Assembly (NCBI GenBank): GCA_017882905.1
Contig: JADGOO010000108.1
Coordinates: 1-49,513, forward strand
Source of the DNA: Acidimicrobiia bacterium
GTDB lineage: Bacteria > Actinomycetota > Acidimicrobiia > IMCC26256 > PALSA-610
Direction of reading: 5' to 3'
Length of the DNA stretch: 49,513 bases
Below, piece after piece: positions 11,035 through 20,595 of this stretch. Both the position numbers and the translations under genes were made by a program. The notes beneath the pieces were generated by a model, which saw only the letters and a program-made list of their open reading frames with translations, ran no database searches and was not told the origin of the DNA. Within the stretch, counting starts at the first letter, position 1. Each line of letters begins with the position of its first letter.

Positions 11035-11628
11035 TCAGGCGGAGCGGGTGTTGAACCTGGTCATCGCAGCCTCGATGCCGTCGGCAGCGATGCACTCGAC
11101 CGCGTCGGCGGCCTCTTGGAGCGTGACGTCGATCTCGGCCCGCTCACGCTTCCCGAAGCCCGTGAGCACGTGGTCGGCGCCGCGCTCCTTGCTCACCGGC
11201 TTGCCGACGCCGATGCGCACGCGCAGGAACTCGTCGGTCTTCAATGCGGCCTTGATCGAGCGCAGGCCGTTGTGCCCGGCGAGCCCGCCACCTGCTTTGA
11301 GCTTGAGCAACGCCGGCGCGAGGTCGAGCTCGTCCTGCACGATCACGAGCTGTTCGGGAGTCACGCCGTAGCGCCGCACCATCGGCGCGACCGCCGCTCC
11401 GGAATCGTTCATGTACGTCTGCGGAACGGCGAGCGCGACGCGCTTCGATCCGATGCGCACCACGTCGGCGCGAGCCCGCAGGCCCTTTTCGAGCTTGAGT
11501 CGCGCGCCGTGGCGCGCGGCGAGGATCTCCACGACTTCGGCGCCCACGTTGTGGCGGCTGCGCCGATACTCGTCGCCGGGGTTGCCGAGACCGACGACGA
11601 GCAGATCGACCGGCGTGTTCTCGTGCAT
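11035..11628 (-). CDS. pth: peptidyl-tRNA hydrolase
   Basis: LVVGLGNPGDEYRRSRHNVG ... AGHNGLRS motifs are canonical Pth; start taken at MHENTPVDLLVVGLGNPG. Confidence 0.9.
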   Translation of the reverse strand: MHENTPVDLLVVGLGNPGDEYRRSRHNVGAEVVEILAARHGARLKLEKGLRARADVVRIGSKRVALAVPQTYMNDSGAAVAPMVRRYGVTPEQLVIVQDELDLAPALLKLKAGGGLAGHNGLRSIKAALKTDEFLRVRIGVGKPVSKERGADHVLTGFGKRERAEIDVTLQEAADAVECIAADGIEAAMTRFNTRSA

Positions 11629-11661
11629 GCGCCCGACCGCGCGGCGCAGCGCCACCGGGTG

Positions 11662-12315
11662 CTACTCGGAGGGCGCTTCGCCCGAAGACCCGAGGTCGCC
11701 GACTGCCTCCGCGGCCTCGGCCGCGTCCTCGGCCTCTTCTTCGGCGGTGAGGCCACGGGGCGCGGAGATCTGCGCCACCAGCTCGTCGGCGCCCATCAGC
11801 ACCTCGACGCCGGCCGGGGCGGCGAGGTCGCTGGCGTGCAGCTGGTCGCCGATCTTGAGCGCGGTGATGTCGTGCTGGATCGACTGCGGGATGTTGCCCG
11901 GGCGGGCCGAGATCGGGATCGAGAAGTGGAGCTGCTCGAGGAGGCCACCGTTGCGCACGCTCTCGGGCTCACCCACGAGCTCGAGGGGCACTTCAGCCTG
12001 TACGGCCACGTCGGCGTCGACGCGCACGAAGTCGACGTGCACCAACGACTGCTTCACGGGGTGACGCTGGATCTGGCGGCAGAGCGTGATCTGGTCACGG
12101 CCGCCGTCGATCTTGAGCGTGATGACGGTGTTCGATCCCGACGGGCTGTGCAGGATCAGGTCGAGGTCGTGGGCATCGACGCTGATGGTCTCGTTGTCGG
12201 CCGCGAGGCCGTAGACCACGGCAGGCACCAGCCCGGCCCGCCGCACCTGGCGGGCAGGACCATTGCCGCGGCCCGAGCGGGACGTGGCCGACAGGACGGT
12301 GGGAGCAGTAGCCAT
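11662..12315 (-). CDS. rplY: 50S ribosomal protein bL25 / general stress protein Ctc
   Basis: RSGRGNGPARQVRRAGLVPAVVYG N-terminus and an acidic C-terminal tail; located between pth and prs as in other actinobacteria. Confidence 0.85.
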   Translation of the reverse strand: MATAPTVLSATSRSGRGNGPARQVRRAGLVPAVVYGLAADNETISVDAHDLDLILHSPSGSNTVITLKIDGGRDQITLCRQIQRHPVKQSLVHVDFVRVDADVAVQAEVPLELVGEPESVRNGGLLEQLHFSIPISARPGNIPQSIQHDITALKIGDQLHASDLAAPAGVEVLMGADELVAQISAPRGLTAEEEAEDAAEAAEAVGDLGSSGEAPSE

Positions 12316-12395
12316 GGCGCGTCAAGACCTCAACCGAGAGAGCGGGAACGGACCATGGTACGTGACGGCGACCGGGTCTGCCGAGACGGCACCGC

Positions 12396-13388
12396 TCAGA
12401 AGTTGTCGCCACCGAAGAGGCCGCTGACCGAGCCGTCGCCGAAGACCGCGTCGATCGCGGCCGCCAACAGGGGCGCGATCGACAGGACGCGCAAGGTGTC
12501 GAAGATCTTGTCGTCGCTGAGCGGCAGCGTGTTCGTGACCACGACCTCCTTCACCGGACCGTTCTTGAGGCGGTCGACGGCCGGGCCCGAGAGCAGGCCG
12601 TGCGTGGCCGCGATGATCACTTCGCGCGCGCCGCGGGCCATCAGCAGCTCGGCGGCCGACACGACGGTGCCGGCGGTGTCGATCATGTCGTCGACGAGCA
12701 CGCAGGTGCGGCCGGACACGTTGCCGACGACCTCGGTGGCCACCGCGAGGTTGTGGGTGCCCTTGGGCCGGTGCTTGTCGATGAAGGCGAGCTCGATGTC
12801 GGCGCTGCCCTCACCTTCGAGCCTGGTTGCGTAGCGGCGCGCCAGCTTGCCGCCGCCGGCATCCGGTGCGACGACCGTGACGTCACCGTCGAGCGTGCCC
12901 GCGAGGTACTCCGCGATGACCGGCACCGCGGTGAGGTGATCCACCGGGAAGTCGAAGAAGCCTTGGATCTGACCGGTGTGCAGGTCGACGCTGACGACGC
13001 GATCCGCGCCGGCCACCGACAACATGTCGGCCACGAGCCGAGCCGAGATCGGCTCGCGCCCCTCCGCCTTGCGGTCCTGACGCGAATAGCCGTAGTAGGG
13101 GCATACGGCCGTGATGCGCTTCGCCGACGCGCGCTTGGCGGCATCGATGAGCAACAGCTGTTCCATCACGTGATCGTTGATGGGCTCGCAGTGGCTCTGG
13201 ATGACGAACACGTCGCAGCCACGGATGCTCTCGCCGAAGCGGCAGTAGATCTCGCCGTTCGCAAACGTGGACAGCTTCACCTGGGCGAGCGGCACGTCGA
13301 GCGAGACACCGATCTCCTCCGCGAGCTCGTGGTGACCGCGGCCCGCCGCGAGCACCATCTGCTTCTTGGTGACGAGCTCACGCGGCAT
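12396..13388 (-). CDS. prs: ribose-phosphate pyrophosphokinase
   Basis: LFSGSSHPELAEEI-like N-terminus, the PRPP-binding site VLVDDMIDTAGT, and DLHTGQIQGFFD. Confidence 0.92.
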   Translation of the reverse strand: MPRELVTKKQMVLAAGRGHHELAEEIGVSLDVPLAQVKLSTFANGEIYCRFGESIRGCDVFVIQSHCEPINDHVMEQLLLIDAAKRASAKRITAVCPYYGYSRQDRKAEGREPISARLVADMLSVAGADRVVSVDLHTGQIQGFFDFPVDHLTAVPVIAEYLAGTLDGDVTVVAPDAGGGKLARRYATRLEGEGSADIELAFIDKHRPKGTHNLAVATEVVGNVSGRTCVLVDDMIDTAGTVVSAAELLMARGAREVIIAATHGLLSGPAVDRLKNGPVKEVVVTNTLPLSDDKIFDTLRVLSIAPLLAAAIDAVFGDGSVSGLFGGDNF

Positions 13389-13391
13389 GGC

Positions 13392-14834
13392 TCACTCCTG
13401 GTCGGAAGGCGCGGAGCTGACATCCTCGCGCGAAGCCTTGCTCGGCCGCTCGTGGTTCTCCGCGGCCACGCGCGCGGGCACGCCCTTCACGAGCGCCCCC
13501 GGAGGAACATCGTGGGTGACGACCGCACCCGCGGCGATCGTGGCACCTTCGCCGACCGTCACCGGCGCCACGATCGTGCTGTTCGACCCCGTGAACACGC
13601 GTGCGCCCAGATCGGTGTGGTGCTTGTTCGCACCGTCGTAGTTGGCCGTGATGGTGCCGGCGCCGATGTTGGAGCCGGCGCCCACCGTCACGTCTCCGAG
13701 GTAGGCGAGATGGTTCGCCTTGACGCCTTCGCCGAGGTCGGCGTTCTTCGTCTCGACGAAATCGCCGATGTGCACGCCCGCCGCGAGGCGCGTGCCGGGC
13801 CGCAGGTGGGCATACGGACCGATCAGGCATCCGTCAGCAATCTCGGCTTCGCGCACCACGGAGCTCTGGATCACGACGTTCGCGCCGACCACTGCGTCGA
13901 CGATCCGACAGTCGGGTCCGATCACGCTGTGCGCGCCCACGACGGTCCGGCCTTCCAGCATCGTGCCGGGCAGCAACCGCACGTCGGCAGCGAGCTCGAC
14001 ACTCGCGTCGACGTAGGTGCGGGCCGGATCGACCATGGTGACCCCCGACCGCATCCAGCGGCCGTTGATCCGCGTGCGGAGCACGGCTTCCGCGGCGGCG
14101 AGCTGCGCGCGGTCGTTCACGCCGAGGGCTTCGGCCGGATCGTCGGCCACGTGGGCGACGACGCGGTGGCCGGCGGCACGCAGCACCTCGATCGCGTCGG
14201 TGAGGTAGTACTCGCCTTGCGCGTTGGTCGGGGTGAGGCGGCGCAGCGCCGGCGCGAGGAGATTGCGACGGAAGCAGTACACCGACGTGTTGATCTCGGT
14301 GATCTCGCGTTGCTCGGGCGACGCGTCGGCGTGCTCGATGATCCGGGCCACGCGATCGTCCTTGTCGCGCACCACCCGGCCGAGCCCGGTCGGGTCGGTG
14401 AGCACCGCCGTGAGCACGGTGGCCGCCGCGTCTTCGCGGCGGTGCGTGGTGGCGAGCGCGGCGAGGGTCTCGGGGCGTAGCAACGGTTGATCGCCCGCCA
14501 GCACGATCACGTCGTCTTCGGCGTCGTCGTCGAACGCGGCCGCGGCAAGGGCCACGCTGACCGCGTCGCCGGTCCCGCGCTGCACGCGCTGTTCGACGAA
14601 CTCGACCGGGACCGGACCGTCGAGGTGCTCGGGGAGCGACTTGGCGACGGCTTCGGCGCCGTGGCCGATGACCACGACCACCCGTTCGAGCGGCAGCTCC
14701 GAGAGCGAATCGATGACGTGGGCGACCATCGGGCGGCCGCACAGCGAGTGGAGCACCTTCGGGATCTCCGAGCGCATCCGGGTGCCCTCGCCGGCCGCGA
14801 GCACGATGGCAGCGATCGGACGGTACGGGCTCAT
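13392..14834 (-). CDS. glmU: bifunctional UDP-N-acetylglucosamine pyrophosphorylase / glucosamine-1-phosphate N-acetyltransferase
   Basis: N-terminal AAIVLAAGEGTRMRS nucleotidyltransferase motif and C-terminal left-handed beta-helix hexapeptide repeats (IGAGTITANYDGANKHHT). Confidence 0.92.
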   Translation of the reverse strand: MSPYRPIAAIVLAAGEGTRMRSEIPKVLHSLCGRPMVAHVIDSLSELPLERVVVVIGHGAEAVAKSLPEHLDGPVPVEFVEQRVQRGTGDAVSVALAAAAFDDDAEDDVIVLAGDQPLLRPETLAALATTHRREDAAATVLTAVLTDPTGLGRVVRDKDDRVARIIEHADASPEQREITEINTSVYCFRRNLLAPALRRLTPTNAQGEYYLTDAIEVLRAAGHRVVAHVADDPAEALGVNDRAQLAAAEAVLRTRINGRWMRSGVTMVDPARTYVDASVELAADVRLLPGTMLEGRTVVGAHSVIGPDCRIVDAVVGANVVIQSSVVREAEIADGCLIGPYAHLRPGTRLAAGVHIGDFVETKNADLGEGVKANHLAYLGDVTVGAGSNIGAGTITANYDGANKHHTDLGARVFTGSNSTIVAPVTVGEGATIAAGAVVTHDVPPGALVKGVPARVAAENHERPSKASREDVSSAPSDQE

Positions 14835-14869
14835 GCGTTCACCTTGGTCGAGACAGCTCGCAACATCAG

Positions 14870-14940
14870 CTCGGGGGCAAGGATTCGAACCTTGACCAAG
14901 GGCACCAAAAACCCTTGTGCTGCCGTTACACCACCCCCGA
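14870..14940 (-). tRNA. tRNA-Gln (anticodon TTG)
   Basis: Reverse complement folds as a cloverleaf. The 7-bp acceptor stem is TCGGGGG/CCCCCGA, the T-arm is GGTTCGAATCC, and the anticodon stem is AGGGT/GCCCT with loop TTTTGGT (anticodon TTG). CCA is not encoded. It lies directly upstream of glmU on the same strand. Confidence 0.8.
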
Positions 14941-15033
14941 AAGGATCAGCAGCGACGATACCGCCCGCGCGCGTCGGCCCCGGGCGGGCGATTGGGACTG
15001 TGCGTCACGACCCGGCTAGCGTCACCCGCTGCT

Positions 15034-15135
15034 ATGGGTTCCCTGATCAAGAAGCGCCGCAAGCGCATGCGCAAGAAGAAGCACAAGAAGCTTCTGAAAA
15101 AGACGCGCTGGCAGCGTCGCACGCAGGGCAAGTAG
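15034..15135 (+). CDS. ribosomal protein bS22 (33-aa Actinobacteria-specific basic peptide)
   Basis: MGSLIKKRRKRMRKKKHKKLLKKTRWQRRTQGK is near-identical in pattern to the bS22 peptide seen in mycobacterial 70S structures (MGSVIKKRRKRM.KKKHRKLL..TR.QRR..). The upstream extension in the ORF track was rejected. Confidence 0.75.
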   Translation: MGSLIKKRRKRMRKKKHKKLLKKTRWQRRTQGK

Positions 15136-15161
15136 CGCCCGGCGACCACGTTGGTCGAAGC

Positions 15162-15187
15162 CACGGCCGCCCTTCGGGGCGGCCGTG
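15162..15187. terminator. bidirectional intrinsic terminator hairpin between convergent bS22 and ispE
   Basis: Perfect 10-bp GC-rich stem acggccgccc / gggcggccgt with a ttcg tetraloop, placed 27 nt after the bS22 stop and 9 nt after the ispE stop. Confidence 0.5.
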
Positions 15188-15195
15188 TCGCGCGC

Positions 15196-16047
15196 TCAGC
15201 TCTCGGCGATCGCCACGCCGGCCCGCGTCGTCGACGCGGCCACCACGCGCGCCTCGCCGGCAAGCCCGTTGGCGATCTGCGGCGCGAGCGCGGCCGCCTG
15301 CTCCGGTGTCGCGCACACCACCACGTACGACGATCCGCTCCCGGCGAGCACGACAGGATGGCCGGCGAGATCCTCGACGTGCTCCCGGAACCCGGCCAGG
15401 CGCGGCTCCACGGCGAGCGCGGCCGGCTCGAGGTCGTTCACGAGCACCTCGAGGCCGGGCACGCCCGTCTCGACGCGCCGCCCGGCGGGGCCGCCCAGGT
15501 CGTCCCAGGCCCGGTAGACGGCCGGCGTGGGGCATCCAAAGTGCGGGGTGGCGATCACGAGCCCGATCGCCGGCAGGGTGATCGATCTGATCACGTCGCC
15601 GATGCCCCGCATCCGCAGCGCGCCTCCACGCAGGCACGCGGGCACGTCGGCACCGAGGCCCGCACCGATGTCAGCGAGCTCGCTGTCGTTCAGCGGTAGG
15701 CCGTAGAGGCGCCTCACCGCGATCAGCACCGCCGCCGCGTCGGCCGATCCGCCGCCGAGCCCGGCGCCGGCCGGGATCTCCTTGTGGATCGCGATCTCCG
15801 CCGCGACTCCGAGCGCCTCCGCCGCGGCGAAGGCGAGGTTGCGCGCGTCGGTCGGGATCCCACGCGCGCACGGACCGTCGACGACAACCGAGGTGATCGC
15901 CGACTCGCGCACGCGCACCACATCGGCCGGCGCGCTCGCCGACGTGACCTGCGCCGCGAGCTCGTGGTAACCGTCGTCGCGCACACCGACCACGCGCAGC
16001 TCGAGGGTGACCTTCGCGTACGCGATCGCGGTGATCGTCTTCGTCAT
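15196..16047 (-). CDS. ispE: 4-diphosphocytidyl-2-C-methyl-D-erythritol kinase
   Basis: GHMP kinase motif PAGAGLGGGSADAAAVL; start taken at MTKTITAIAYAKV (4-nt overlap with ksgA). Confidence 0.85.
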   Translation of the reverse strand: MTKTITAIAYAKVTLELRVVGVRDDGYHELAAQVTSASAPADVVRVRESAITSVVVDGPCARGIPTDARNLAFAAAEALGVAAEIAIHKEIPAGAGLGGGSADAAAVLIAVRRLYGLPLNDSELADIGAGLGADVPACLRGGALRMRGIGDVIRSITLPAIGLVIATPHFGCPTPAVYRAWDDLGGPAGRRVETGVPGLEVLVNDLEPAALAVEPRLAGFREHVEDLAGHPVVLAGSGSSYVVVCATPEQAAALAPQIANGLAGEARVVAASTTRAGVAIAES

Positions 16048-16883
16048 GCGACGCTCGACTCCGCGCGCGCGAGCGCGGCCCATTCCTCGAGACCGAGTCG
16101 CTCGGCACGCAACATCGGATCGATGCCCGCCGCATCGAGGATCGCGCCGGTGCGATCGGCGAACACACTGCGCAACGATTGCCGCAGTGTCTTGCGCCGA
16201 GTGGCGAAGCCCGCCTGCACGATCGCGAACATGCGGGCCGGATCATCGAGCGCAACCGGCGGCGTTGGGTGCCGCACCACGTGCACGAGCGCGCTGTCCA
16301 CGTTGGGTCGTGGATAGAACACGGCAGGCGGAACGAGCCCCACCACACGTGCTGCACCGAAGTACGCGACCTTCACCGATACGGCACCGTAGATCTTGCT
16401 GCCGGGCGGCGCGGCGAGGCGTTCGCCCACCTCGCGCTGCACCATCACGAGAAACGTATCGATTGTCGGCGCGAGCTCGAGGGCACGCACCAACACGGCG
16501 GTCGCCACGTTGTACGGCAGGTTCGCCACGAGCGCCCACCGCGCTGCATCGCGCAGCAACGTCGCCCAATCGACATCCAGTGCATCACCCGCGACGATGT
16601 CGACATCGGCGCCTTCGACCACTTCAGCGAGCACCGGCAGTACGTGGCGATCGAGCTCGACGGCGCGCACGCGGTGCCCCGCTTCGCACAGCGCGAGGGT
16701 GAGCGAGCCGAGACCCGGACCCACTTCGATCACGGGTTGCGCGGGTTCGAGATCCGCGAGGCGCACGATGCGGCGCGCCGTGTTCGGGTCGGCGAGGAAG
16801 TGCTGCCCGAGCGCCTTGCTCGGATGCAGACCGTGATCGGAGAGCAGCGCGCGGATCGCGGGCGGGCTCAGCAGCGGGCGCAC
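16044..16883 (-). CDS. rsmA: 16S rRNA (adenine1518/1519-N6)-dimethyltransferase
   Basis: KALGQHFL...EVGPGLGSLT SAM-binding motif and NLPYNV catalytic motif. GTG at 16883 chosen, 20 nt after the Rpf-like stop. The ORF extends to 16997 and the true start could lie there. Confidence 0.75.
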   Translation of the reverse strand: MRPLLSPPAIRALLSDHGLHPSKALGQHFLADPNTARRIVRLADLEPAQPVIEVGPGLGSLTLALCEAGHRVRAVELDRHVLPVLAEVVEGADVDIVAGDALDVDWATLLRDAARWALVANLPYNVATAVLVRALELAPTIDTFLVMVQREVGERLAAPPGSKIYGAVSVKVAYFGAARVVGLVPPAVFYPRPNVDSALVHVVRHPTPPVALDDPARMFAIVQAGFATRRKTLRQSLRSVFADRTGAILDAAGIDPMLRAERLGLEEWAALARAESSVA

Positions 16884-16902
16884 TGCGCGTTCGCGGCGCG
16901 GA

Positions 16903-17655
16903 TCACAGCCCGGCGCAGCGACCCTGCCAGGGGCTCGCACCCTGCCACCGGTAGAGGTAGAGCGCCATCCAGTCCTGGTCGGCCGGGCGAGCGTCACGCG
17001 GGCTCACACCGACGAGGTCGGACCGGCCCACGGTGCGGGCAATGGTGTTCCAGGTGGAACGCAGGAACTGGTAGGCGCCGAGATGCACCCAGCCCTTGTC
17101 AGCCGCCCGGTAGCCGCCGGCGTACACGCTCTCCTTGGACCTCGTGCAGGCCAAGAACGGATCGGCCGGGTTGGCCGGGTACGGCACCCAGACCCGCACG
17201 CCGGGCGTGAAGGCCCAGGCGCCCGAGAAGGCACCGCCGCTCGACGCCGCCGGACCCGTTGCGGTGGAGGGGCTTCGGTGCGCGCTCGGCGGTGACGACA
17301 CCTCGATCACACGCGCCGCGACGGCGTGCGCGGAGGCACCACCGATCGACGCGATGCGGGCCGCGCCCGCGACGTCGGCACCGGGGTTCGCGGTTCCCTG
17401 GGCCGCGTGCAGAGCGCGACCATCGGCGCCCGCGCCGGCGAAACCGAGCGTCGCCATCGCCGCGATCACTCCGCTGCCCAGAACGAACGCGGCGGTGTGT
17501 CGACCGATCGCGCGGCGCCGACGACGGCGCTGATCGTGCACGTAACCGCGCGCGCGGCCGCCGAGCTGCAACAAGACGGGATGCACGGCGTGCGGGATAC
17601 GCGGCGGCAGCTCATCGAGGTGCACGACGACGAGCGCGTGATCGCCGTACGCCAT
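16903..17655 (-). CDS. resuscitation-promoting-factor-like transglycosylase domain protein (membrane anchored)
   Basis: C-terminal YAGGYRAADKGWVHLGAYQFLRSTWNTIA...DQDWMALYLYRWQGASPWQGRC resembles the Rpf lysozyme-like domain (GxY..G.YQF...TW....DQ...A..LY...G.S.W). A TM/signal-anchor AAFVLGSGVIAAMATLGFAGA lies upstream. The start is uncertain: ATG at 17655 or GTG at 17541. The position before ksgA-ispE mirrors mycobacterial rpfB. Confidence 0.5.
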   Translation of the reverse strand: MAYGDHALVVVHLDELPPRIPHAVHPVLLQLGGRARGYVHDQRRRRRRAIGRHTAAFVLGSGVIAAMATLGFAGAGADGRALHAAQGTANPGADVAGAARIASIGGASAHAVAARVIEVSSPPSAHRSPSTATGPAASSGGAFSGAWAFTPGVRVWVPYPANPADPFLACTRSKESVYAGGYRAADKGWVHLGAYQFLRSTWNTIARTVGRSDLVGVSPRDARPADQDWMALYLYRWQGASPWQGRCAGL

Positions 17656-18139
17656 CGAGTGCAGAACGAGCGGCGCCTCGTGCTCGTCGGGTGGCGCGCT
17701 CGCGATGCCGAGCACTTCGACACCGCCGAGATCGATGCAGAGGGAGCGCGTGCGCGCCAGCGCGGCGCGCGTCGCGGGTGACAGATGACGACGGCCGTTC
17801 GGCGCGGCGCGACCGGGTCCGGTGCCGGGCGCAGCCGCGCCATGGCGCGTGCGAGTGGGCACGTGACGAACACTCAGTCGCTTGCGGTCTTCGAGGATGG
17901 CCGCACTCCTACCCGTGATGCCTTCGAGTCGCTAGTCACCGCGGGTGCGGTAACCACACTGCGCGCGTAGGAGCCCCATCCTGCGGTCTCCGCCCGCGCG
18001 AGCGTCGTGACGGTACTTGCCCCCTTCGCGGCCGTCCAAACCAACACGGGCGGTCAACGCCGACGCGCTGACAGCGCTCGCAGCTCACGTTCCCTACGCA
18101 CCCACTACACAGGACGAGAACTGGTGCCGGAGCCCACGA

Positions 18140-18943
18140 TCAACACCTCGACGTGAGGTTGAGGTCGAGTCCAAAGACCCTTGCGGCATTGGCCGCGCTG
18201 CTCCGCGCCGTCGCGTCGACCGATTCGGAGCGTGCCGCCGCAAGCGCGGCGCCGACGAACGGCAGGAGCGCGGGTTCGTTCGTTCGCCCACGGTGCGGAA
18301 TCGGCGCGAGATACGGCGCGTCGGTCTCGACGAGGAACCGATCAGCCGGCACGATCGCCGCCGCGGCGCGCACGTCATCGGCGTTCTTGAAGCTGACGAT
18401 GCCACTGAACGACACGTAGCAATCGCGCGCGATCGCGGACGCGGCTTCAGCCGGTCCACCAGTGAAGCAATGCAGCACCGTGCGCGCAGGAACACCTTCG
18501 TCGTCGAGCAGCGCGAACGTCTCGGCCCATGCCTCGCGCGTGTGGATCACGAGCGCGAGATCGAGCTCGTGCGCGAGCCGAACTTGCGCGCGGAACGCAA
18601 CTTCTTGCTCGGCGTCAGCGCTGTGGCGATAGTGCAGATCGAATCCGCACTCGCCGATCGCGACAACCCTGGACGCGTCGCGAGCGAGCGACGTGAGATC
18701 AGCCCACTCGTCGTCGAGATGCGCGGCATCGTGCGGATGCAACCCCACGGTGGCCCACACGTCGTCGTGCGCGTTCGCGAGGTCGATCGCAACGCGCGAC
18801 GTGCGCGCGTCGGTGCCCACACAGACGAACGCGGCGACGCCCGCGGCGCGCGCGCTGTCGAGCTGCTCTGCGGGCGTCAGTGCTCCCCGAGCGTGCTCGG
18901 GCTGGAGATGGCAGTGCGAGTCGATCCACACCGCCGTGCTCAC
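18140..18943 (-). CDS. tatD: TatD family metal-dependent hydrolase/DNase
   Basis: MSTAVWIDSHCHLQ N-terminus and conserved H/D/E metal ligands spaced as in TatD; 4-nt overlap with metG. Confidence 0.85.
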   Translation of the reverse strand: MSTAVWIDSHCHLQPEHARGALTPAEQLDSARAAGVAAFVCVGTDARTSRVAIDLANAHDDVWATVGLHPHDAAHLDDEWADLTSLARDASRVVAIGECGFDLHYRHSADAEQEVAFRAQVRLAHELDLALVIHTREAWAETFALLDDEGVPARTVLHCFTGGPAEAASAIARDCYVSFSGIVSFKNADDVRAAAAIVPADRFLVETDAPYLAPIPHRGRTNEPALLPFVGAALAAARSESVDATARSSAANAARVFGLDLNLTSRC

Positions 18944-20457
18944 GCGTCCTTGCGCGGGAACAGCGAGTCACCCTTCACCAACGATCGCCCCGCCGGCAGG
19001 CGACCGATGTTGATCGCGTCGGGGAGCCGCTCCGACTCGGGCGAGCCGTCGAGCCCGAGACGCCGCCACAGATCGGCCGACGCGCGCGGGATCGCGGGCG
19101 ACGCCAGCAAGGCCACCGCCCGCAGCGTCTCCAAGCAGTCGCCGAGCACACCCGCCACTGCCTCGGTCTCACCCGCCTTGTACAGCTTCCAAGGCTCGCT
19201 CGCCTCGATGTAGGCATTGGCGTTGCGGATCAGCTCCCAGAGCGCCGCCAGGGCCCCCGCCAGGTCGAGATCGGCCATGGCCCCCACCATCGCCTCGTAG
19301 GCGCGGGGCACCGCGGCCGCCAGTGGGCCGTTGGCCCGCTCCTCGGGCACGGTTCCGCCGAGGTAGCTCACCGCCATGTTGAGCACCCGGCTCGCAAGGT
19401 TGCCGAAGTTGTTCGCCAGGTCGGCGTTGTACCGGGCGACCATCGACTCGTAGCTGAAGTCGCCGTCGGGACCGAAGCGCTGGTCGGCGAGGAAGTGGTA
19501 GCGCACGCCATCGACGCCGAAGTCGGCAACGAGATCGGCGGGAAAGATCTGGTTGAGACGCGTCTTGCTCATCTTCTCGCCACCGACGAGAAGCCAGCCG
19601 TGCGCGAACACGCACTGCGGCGGCTCGAGGCCACCGGCCATGAGCATCGCCGGCCAGTACACGGCGTGGAAGCGCAAGATGTCCTTGCCGACCAGGTGAT
19701 AGTTGACCGGCCAGTACCGCTCGAAGCGCGCGGGGTCGGCGCCGTAGCCGACGGCAGTGCAGTAGTTGAACAAGGCGTCGAACCACACGTACGTGACGTG
19801 CGACGAATCCCAAGGGAGCGGGATGCCCCAGTCGATCGATGTGCGACTCATCGAGAAGTCGCGCAGTCCCTGACGAATGAAGCCGAGCACCTCGTTGCGA
19901 CGCGACTCGGGCTGCACCGCATCGGGATGCTTCGTGTAGTGCTCCAGCAACCGATCTTCGAAGGCGGACAGGCGAAAGAAGTAGTTCTCCTCGGTCACAT
20001 GGTCGACCGGACGGTCATGGATGGGACAGCGGCCGTCGTTGAGCTCTTCTTCGGTGTAGTAGGCCTCGCACGGGACGCAATAGAGGCCCTCGTAGGTGCC
20101 GAGCTCGATGAAACCGTTGTCGTAGACGGTCTGCAAGAACTGCTGCACAGCGTGGTAGTGACGGGGCTCCGTGGTTCGGATGAAGTCGTCGTTGGAGATG
20201 TCGAGGCCGCGCCAGGCCTCGACGAAGCGTTGCGCGGTGCGGTCCGCCCATTCCCTGGGAGTGACGCCCTGCGCCTCGGCCGAACGCTGCACCTTCAGCC
20301 CGTGCTCATCGGTTCCGGTCAGAAAGACAACATCGTCGCCGTGCAAGCGACGCCATCGGGCAACGAAGTCGGCCGCAACCGTCGTGTAGGCATGCCCGAT
20401 GTGCGGCACGTCGTTCACGTAGTAGATCGGCGTTGTGATGTAGAAAGGCGCGCTCAC
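18940..20457 (-). CDS. metG: methionine--tRNA ligase
   Basis: Class I synthetase HIGH motif (PHIGHAYT) and KMSKT motif (EKMSKTRLN). Confidence 0.92.
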   Translation of the reverse strand: MSAPFYITTPIYYVNDVPHIGHAYTTVAADFVARWRRLHGDDVVFLTGTDEHGLKVQRSAEAQGVTPREWADRTAQRFVEAWRGLDISNDDFIRTTEPRHYHAVQQFLQTVYDNGFIELGTYEGLYCVPCEAYYTEEELNDGRCPIHDRPVDHVTEENYFFRLSAFEDRLLEHYTKHPDAVQPESRRNEVLGFIRQGLRDFSMSRTSIDWGIPLPWDSSHVTYVWFDALFNYCTAVGYGADPARFERYWPVNYHLVGKDILRFHAVYWPAMLMAGGLEPPQCVFAHGWLLVGGEKMSKTRLNQIFPADLVADFGVDGVRYHFLADQRFGPDGDFSYESMVARYNADLANNFGNLASRVLNMAVSYLGGTVPEERANGPLAAAVPRAYEAMVGAMADLDLAGALAALWELIRNANAYIEASEPWKLYKAGETEAVAGVLGDCLETLRAVALLASPAIPRASADLWRRLGLDGSPESERLPDAINIGRLPAGRSLVKGDSLFPRKDA

Positions 20458-20595
20458 CAGGCCATTATCGCCGCGGCGGGCCCGTGCGCTCGCAGTGTTT
20501 CGGCGGCGGCATAGAATGGCCCACGAACACCGTTGAACGGCGTGGGTCGCGCTCCTCGCCGCTGCAAGTCACGCGCGGAAGTGGGGTGGGGAAAG

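Noticed and set aside
16884-16997. ksgA start at the top of the ORF (317 aa), as for the long mycobacterial KsgA
   Set aside because: That start would overlap the Rpf-like gene by 95 nt. A GTG at 16883 sits 20 nt past the upstream stop, just before the conserved N-terminal region. The longer form cannot be excluded; confidence was lowered accordingly.
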